38,964 nt of DNA from Acidimicrobiia bacterium (GTDB lineage Bacteria; Actinomycetota; Acidimicrobiia; IMCC26256; JACDBD01), in the NCBI GenBank assembly GCA_035316005.1, contig DATFXK010000218.1:1-38964 (forward strand), given 5' to 3'. The number at the start of each line of letters is the position of its first letter. Position 1 is the first letter of the stretch. Both the position numbers and the translations under genes were made by a program. The notes below the pieces were generated by a model. The model was given only the letters and a program-made list of their open reading frames with translations. It made no database searches and was not told where the DNA came from. Below are positions 33,906 to 38,964 of this stretch, piece after piece.

Positions 33906-34464
33906 CCCGACGGGCGTCGTGGGATTCACGGCCGCGCAGGCCGCCCGGCTGACCGGCTGCACGCTCGCGCAGCTCTCCTCGTGGGAGCGGAGCGGGCTGG
34001 TGGCGCCGCCGCCGGGCCCGGCGCACCGGTACCGGTTCCAAGACCTCGTCGCGCTCGGCGTCGTCGCCTCGCTGCTCGATGCCGGGCTCAGCCTCGATCT
34101 CATCCGCGGCGCGGTCGGCGAGCTCGTCCATGGAGGCGACGACGACCCGCCGCACTCCCTCGTCACCGACGGCGGGACGGTCTGGGTATGCCGGGACGAC
34201 CGCCAGGTCCTGGACGCGCTGCGACACGGGCCCGTCGCGTGCGTGATCGCGGTCGACCGGATCGGGCGGGACGTCGACGCCGCCGTCCGTGCGTTCGACG
34301 CCGAGCGCCAGTCGTTCGTGCAGGGACTGCGCGACGCCGAGGGCGGCGGGCCCCAGCCACCTCCTAGCGACGAACAGGCGCCGCCGGGCGGCGAAGCGGG
34401 GTCGGGTCGAGCCGGCGGCGCCAGCGCTCGCGGGCGTTCGCGCCCGCACGCAACGCAGCGCTGA
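33874..34464 (+). CDS. MerR-family (helix-turn-helix) DNA-binding protein
   Basis: FTAAQAARLTGCTLAQLSSWERSGLVAPP...YRFQDLVALGVVASLLDAGLSL is a MerR-type HTH. Start is GTG 33874 (overlapping the DUF3040 gene by 32 nt) or GTG 33919. The C-terminal 50 aa are low complexity. Confidence 0.7.
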   Translation: MSAGAATTSPDPTGVVGFTAAQAARLTGCTLAQLSSWERSGLVAPPPGPAHRYRFQDLVALGVVASLLDAGLSLDLIRGAVGELVHGGDDDPPHSLVTDGGTVWVCRDDRQVLDALRHGPVACVIAVDRIGRDVDAAVRAFDAERQSFVQGLRDAEGGGPQPPPSDEQAPPGGEAGSGRAGGASARGRSRPHATQR

Positions 34465-36646
34465 CCGAGCTCGCGTCCCTCCAGGCCCCGCGGGCGACCT
34501 CGGCGTCGGGCACAGCGGACCCGTAGCGCGCCGCGCTGTAAGTCTCAGCGAGGTGACGGAGCGGTGGTGCGACCGCGTCCGGCAGGCGCTCGGGCGCAAC
34601 GTCGGCCAGCTCGCGTGGCGTGCGCGCCGGCTGGCGATCGACCCCCGCCTCGCTCAACCGGTCGAGCACCTCTTCCCACGCGCCGGTCACCGCGACCGCA
34701 GGGTCCGGGTCGTCACGCCGCCGGTTCCGGCGCCGGCGCTTGGCCGTCACGATGAGCACCCCGACACCGATCACGCCCGCGGCGGCGCCTGCGGCCAGCG
34801 CCGCCCCGATCGTCCAGTCGAACGAGAAGCCGTCGCGGCTGCGCCCGGCGACCGGTGCGCCGATGTCGATCTGCGCCGTGCCGCGCGGGGCCGTCGGTGC
34901 CGGCGCGGTGGTCGGTGCGGACGGTGGCGGCGTGGTGGTCGCGGGTGCGGACGGCGCCGAGCCCGCCGGTGTGGACGCGCGCGCGCCTCCCGGCAGCCGG
35001 CTGCCGCCCGGCAGGTCGCTGTCCGGAGTCGGCTCGAAGCGCGTCCAGCCCACGCCGGCCAGCCAGACCTCGCCCCAGGCGTGGGCGTCTTCCGACGTGA
35101 CGCTGTAGAGCCCTGCGGTGCTGTCGTACCGGCCCGGCGTGTACCCGACCGCGACCCGGGCGGGCAGGCCAACCGCGCGCGCCATCGCCGTGAAGCTGCT
35201 CGCGAACTGCACGCAGAAGCCGATCCGGCTCTGGAGGAACTGGCTGATGGCGTTCTGACTCTGGGCGTCGGTCCCGAGGTCGACGTCGAGGGAGTAACGG
35301 AAGCCCTGCGCCGGGTCGAGGAAGAACTGCTCGAGGGCCTGGGCGCGGTCGTAAGGAGTGCCCGCGCCGGCGGTGATCGCCCGCGCCGTGTCGCGCACGT
35401 CGGCGGGGAAGTCGGTCGGCAGCTTGGTGTACCCGCGCATCTCGGCCGGCAGCGGTGCGTCGGTGCCGGCGATCTGCGCCGCGGTCAGCGGTTCGACGGC
35501 GCCCGGCGGCAGTCGGGACCTCACGGTGTACGTGAGGTCGCTCGGGTTGGAATGGTTGGAGACAAGCGTGCTCGACGCCTTCACGACGAGCGGGTCGTCG
35601 CCTCCTTCGAGCCGCACAGCCTGGTAGGCGGCCGGGAGCCAGCGGTCGGCGAGGCCGGTGATGTGGAACTCCTGCCGCAGCATGGTGGCGTCGACGGGCC
35701 CGTGCAGCCCGTCCTGCACTTCGTCGCCGCCTTGGGCGGAGAGCGTCCATTCACCGCCGTTCGTGCTCTCGTACCGGTCGAGCGCGGCTACGCGCCAGTA
35801 GTCCGCGCGTGGTGAGCGTACGGTGAACACCTCGCTCCGCCCGCGTCCGACGAAGTCCTCGCCGACGCGCGCCAGCGGCGGCTCGACCCGATAGCTGCGG
35901 TCGGCGGGGCCGAGCCCGCGTACGTCGAGCAACGGGTCGGCGTCGGCGCCGGGGAGTGCGGGCCCGACCACGAGCCCGCCCAGGACGGCCACGGCGCCGG
36001 CGAGCGCGCCGAGCGTCAGCACCGAGGCGCTGCTTCGGACCCGCCGGCCGGAGAACGCCGCCCGGCCCCGGGTCACGAGCGACTGGTTCTGCACGAGCAG
36101 GAACAAGAGCGCGGCGACGAAGTAGCCGGCGGTCGTCCGGGTCGCGAGCGAGTCGGTGCCGAGGGTGGACGCCCACACGAACAGCGCCAGCGACGGCGCG
36201 ACGGCGCCGATCGTCGCCCGGCGCCAGAACGCGAGCGCGTCCGCCGTGGCGGCCATCACCCACACGACGAGGACGGACAGGACGATCGCGCCGTTCGTGG
36301 CCGGCGCAGGCACCACTGCCGTGCGCAGTTCGTGCACGCCGTCGCCGAGCCGGTCGGCGAGGACGCGGAACGTTTCGGCGGTGGGAATGCCGTACAGCGT
36401 GGTGTGCGGCGCCAGCACCCAGATCAGGTAGATCGCCAGCCCCGACATCGACAGCGAGAGCGCGTCGAGGAGCGACCAGCCGCGCGTGCGCGCCACGAAG
36501 CCGAGGAGGTGCGCGAGCAGCACCGCCGCGACCACGGGCAGCACGAACCGCCCGGACTCGAACACGCGCCCGAGCGTGAGCGCGGCCGCGGTGCTCAGCG
36601 CGGCGAGTGCGAGCGAGGGGAGCGCGGTGGAGGTGCGAGATGCCAT
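34364..36646 (-). CDS. Transglutaminase-like membrane protein (TgpA-like: N-terminal polytopic domain + transglutaminase core + DUF4129-like tail)
   Basis: About 6 N-terminal TM helices. Core Cys in RIGFCVQFASSFTAMARAVGLPARV, then His/Asp in DAHAWGEVWLAGVGWTRFEPTP. This is followed by a Pro/Ala/Thr/Ser-rich linker, a further TM helix, and an ETYSAARYG tail. Start is ATG 36646 or GTG 36718. Confidence 0.85.
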   Translation of the reverse strand: MASRTSTALPSLALAALSTAAALTLGRVFESGRFVLPVVAAVLLAHLLGFVARTRGWSLLDALSLSMSGLAIYLIWVLAPHTTLYGIPTAETFRVLADRLGDGVHELRTAVVPAPATNGAIVLSVLVVWVMAATADALAFWRRATIGAVAPSLALFVWASTLGTDSLATRTTAGYFVAALLFLLVQNQSLVTRGRAAFSGRRVRSSASVLTLGALAGAVAVLGGLVVGPALPGADADPLLDVRGLGPADRSYRVEPPLARVGEDFVGRGRSEVFTVRSPRADYWRVAALDRYESTNGGEWTLSAQGGDEVQDGLHGPVDATMLRQEFHITGLADRWLPAAYQAVRLEGGDDPLVVKASSTLVSNHSNPSDLTYTVRSRLPPGAVEPLTAAQIAGTDAPLPAEMRGYTKLPTDFPADVRDTARAITAGAGTPYDRAQALEQFFLDPAQGFRYSLDVDLGTDAQSQNAISQFLQSRIGFCVQFASSFTAMARAVGLPARVAVGYTPGRYDSTAGLYSVTSEDAHAWGEVWLAGVGWTRFEPTPDSDLPGGSRLPGGARASTPAGSAPSAPATTTPPPSAPTTAPAPTAPRGTAQIDIGAPVAGRSRDGFSFDWTIGAALAAGAAAGVIGVGVLIVTAKRRRRNRRRDDPDPAVAVTGAWEEVLDRLSEAGVDRQPARTPRELADVAPERLPDAVAPPLRHLAETYSAARYGSAVPDAEVARGAWRDASSVSAALRAGANARERWRRRLDPTPLRRPAAPVRR

Positions 36647-37821
36647 CGGGTCATGGCCTGGTTCCAGGCGGTCGGGAAGGGCGTCCGGGACGCGTCGACG
36701 GCGACGAGGCCGGACCACGTGACGAGGGCGGGCGGTGGTTGCGTTTCGGGCCGGGTGCCGACCATCACGGCGGTGCCGTGCGCCGTGAGCGCCCCAAGCG
36801 CGTCGAGCTCGACGTCACCGAGCGAGCCGACGATCGCGACCACGAGCGCCGCCCGGCGATGCGCCCGCAGCGAGGTGAGCAGGCCGGCGAGATGATCCTC
36901 GCCCCCGGGCTCGATCGTGGCGAGTCGGTCCATCACCGCCCAGCCTGAGCGGGCGGTCGGCGCGCCGAGCGACTGCCCGTTGCTCGCGATCACCTCGACC
37001 CGTCGCCGCATCCGGGTGAGCCGGTCGACGACCGATGCCGTCGCCTCGACCGCGGTCTCGAACGATCGTCCGTCGTGGGCGTCGGGCCGGGTGTCGAGCA
37101 GGACGATGGCGCGCGCCCGCCACTGGGCCTCGTCCTGGCGGATCATCAGGTCGCCGACGCGCGCGGTCGAACGCCAGTGGACGCGCCGGAGGTCGTCGCC
37201 GACCTCGTACTCGCGCAGGGTGAGGAAGTCCTCGCCGTCGGCGGCCTGCGCCCGTGCGTTGACGGTCTCGACCGACGCGACCAGGCGACCGCCGGCTTGG
37301 CGCGGGGCGAGGACGTCGTGGACGCGCGGGCACACGAGCACGTCGCCGGGCGTCGTGAGCGTCCACGTGCGCCGGGCGAGGCCGAAGGGGTCGGACGCCG
37401 ACACGGCGAGCGGGCCGAGATGGAACCGGCCGCGACGGTCGGTCGGCAGGCGGTACGCGGCCTTCGCTGTCTCGTCCGCCGGAAGTGAGGGGAGCACGAA
37501 GCGCGCGGCGCGCTGGCCGTTGTCGAAGACGTCGGTGACGGTCAGGAGCGGGGTCGCCCGGTTGGAGCGGTTCGTGAGCGTGAGCTCGACCAGGCCGTCG
37601 CCGCCAACGCACAGCCGGGGCGGACGGATCGCGCGCTGGGCGACGAGGTCGTAGCGGCGCGTGCGCGCCCACACCATGCTCGTGACCAACAGGACGGCGA
37701 TGCCCGTCGTCAGGATCCAGAGCTCGACCGTCCCCAGCAGCCGTCCCGCGACCGCGAGGCCGAGCGCGGCTCCGGCGAGACTCCATCCGCGGCGCGTCAG
37801 GACGCGAGCCGTCGGGCGCAC
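36595..37821 (-). CDS. DUF58 domain protein (vWA-like, MoxR-associated)
   Basis: 408 aa. Two N-terminal TM helices and the DUF58 hallmark GEDFLTLREYEVGDDLRRVHWRSTAR. GTG start 6 nt after the MoxR stop. Confidence 0.85.
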   Translation of the reverse strand: MRPTARVLTRRGWSLAGAALGLAVAGRLLGTVELWILTTGIAVLLVTSMVWARTRRYDLVAQRAIRPPRLCVGGDGLVELTLTNRSNRATPLLTVTDVFDNGQRAARFVLPSLPADETAKAAYRLPTDRRGRFHLGPLAVSASDPFGLARRTWTLTTPGDVLVCPRVHDVLAPRQAGGRLVASVETVNARAQAADGEDFLTLREYEVGDDLRRVHWRSTARVGDLMIRQDEAQWRARAIVLLDTRPDAHDGRSFETAVEATASVVDRLTRMRRRVEVIASNGQSLGAPTARSGWAVMDRLATIEPGGEDHLAGLLTSLRAHRRAALVVAIVGSLGDVELDALGALTAHGTAVMVGTRPETQPPPALVTWSGLVAVDASRTPFPTAWNQAMTRWHLAPPPRSPRSHSPR

Positions 37822-37827
37822 GACGTG

Positions 37828-38796
<969 letters not shown>

Positions 38797-38964
38797 GGCG
38801 GGGGTCTCCTTTCGAGCGGCATCAGCCTAAGGGCTGGGCGCGCACTACCGTCGCCGCCGTGCGGCCGGACAACGCCACCGGCGGCGCCCGCTTCTGGGCC
38901 CGCGCCGCCGCCGCGGTCGCGCGCCACCCACGGCTGTGGCCCACGGCCGTTGCGCAGGCGGGCC

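Noticed and set aside
38859-38964. Open plus-strand frame from GTG 38859 to the window end (VRPDNATGGARFWARAAAAVARHPRLWPTAVAQAG...)
   Set aside because: Only 35 codons are visible, with no motif and no clear ribosome-binding site. An open frame of this length is expected by chance in such GC-rich DNA. It may be the start of a divergent gene, but this cannot be supported.

Overview
Very GC-rich (by eye; not computed), gene-dense window that looks like chromosomal backbone of a high-GC actinobacterium. I recognised no rRNA, tRNA, CRISPR array, transposase or integrase. About 42 protein-coding genes can be supported from the ORF translations.

Gene content, left to right:
- ECF sigma factor with a coupled downstream partner.
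- Minus-strand CoA-thioester operon: ADP-forming acyl-CoA synthetase, crotonase-fold protein, thiolase-like protein, DUF35 Zn-ribbon/OB-fold protein.
- Divergent ferredoxin reductase, then an MFS transporter.
- Tightly coupled plus-strand array: PimB'-like GT4 glycosyltransferase, membrane protein, SRPBCC protein, ArsA/Get3-type ATPase, small Ala/Asp-rich protein, ROK glucokinase, LLM oxidoreductase.
- Two tandem Tat-exported phospholipase C/phosphoesterase paralogs.
- Hotdog thioesterase and enoyl-CoA hydratase, divergent from a CYP124/125/142-like P450.
- Orphan lipoprotein, HAD hydrolase, class I/II aminotransferase.
- TetR regulator divergent from a PlsC-type acyltransferase.
- Small PH-like protein coupled to glycerol kinase.
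- Phosphofructokinase, TesB, threonine aldolase, SDR, PIG-L deacetylase.
- Nudix/DinB/Gfo-Idh-MocA overlapping trio.
- DUF3040 plus MerR pair.
- MoxR/DUF58/transglutaminase triad.

Many very long Arg/Ala/Gly/Pro-rich ORFs in the track are antisense or out-of-frame shadows typical of high-GC DNA, and I rejected them.

I found no single unambiguous novel system. The best candidates for follow-up are:
1. The SRPBCC + ArsA(HSP20-tail) + small-protein module embedded in the PIM/glucokinase array.
2. A KstR-like palindromic operator centred in the 79-bp echA/P450 divergent region.
3. The self-contained acyl-CoA synthetase/PaaG-like crotonase/thiolase/DUF35 operon.
4. A perfect 7-4-7 palindrome overlapping a good promoter in the TetR/PlsC divergent region.
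5. The PH-like protein translationally coupled to glpK.
6. The Nudix-DinB-oxidoreductase overlap.
7. The MoxR-DUF58-transglutaminase operon.

All functional calls rest on motif recognition by eye. No database search was run.
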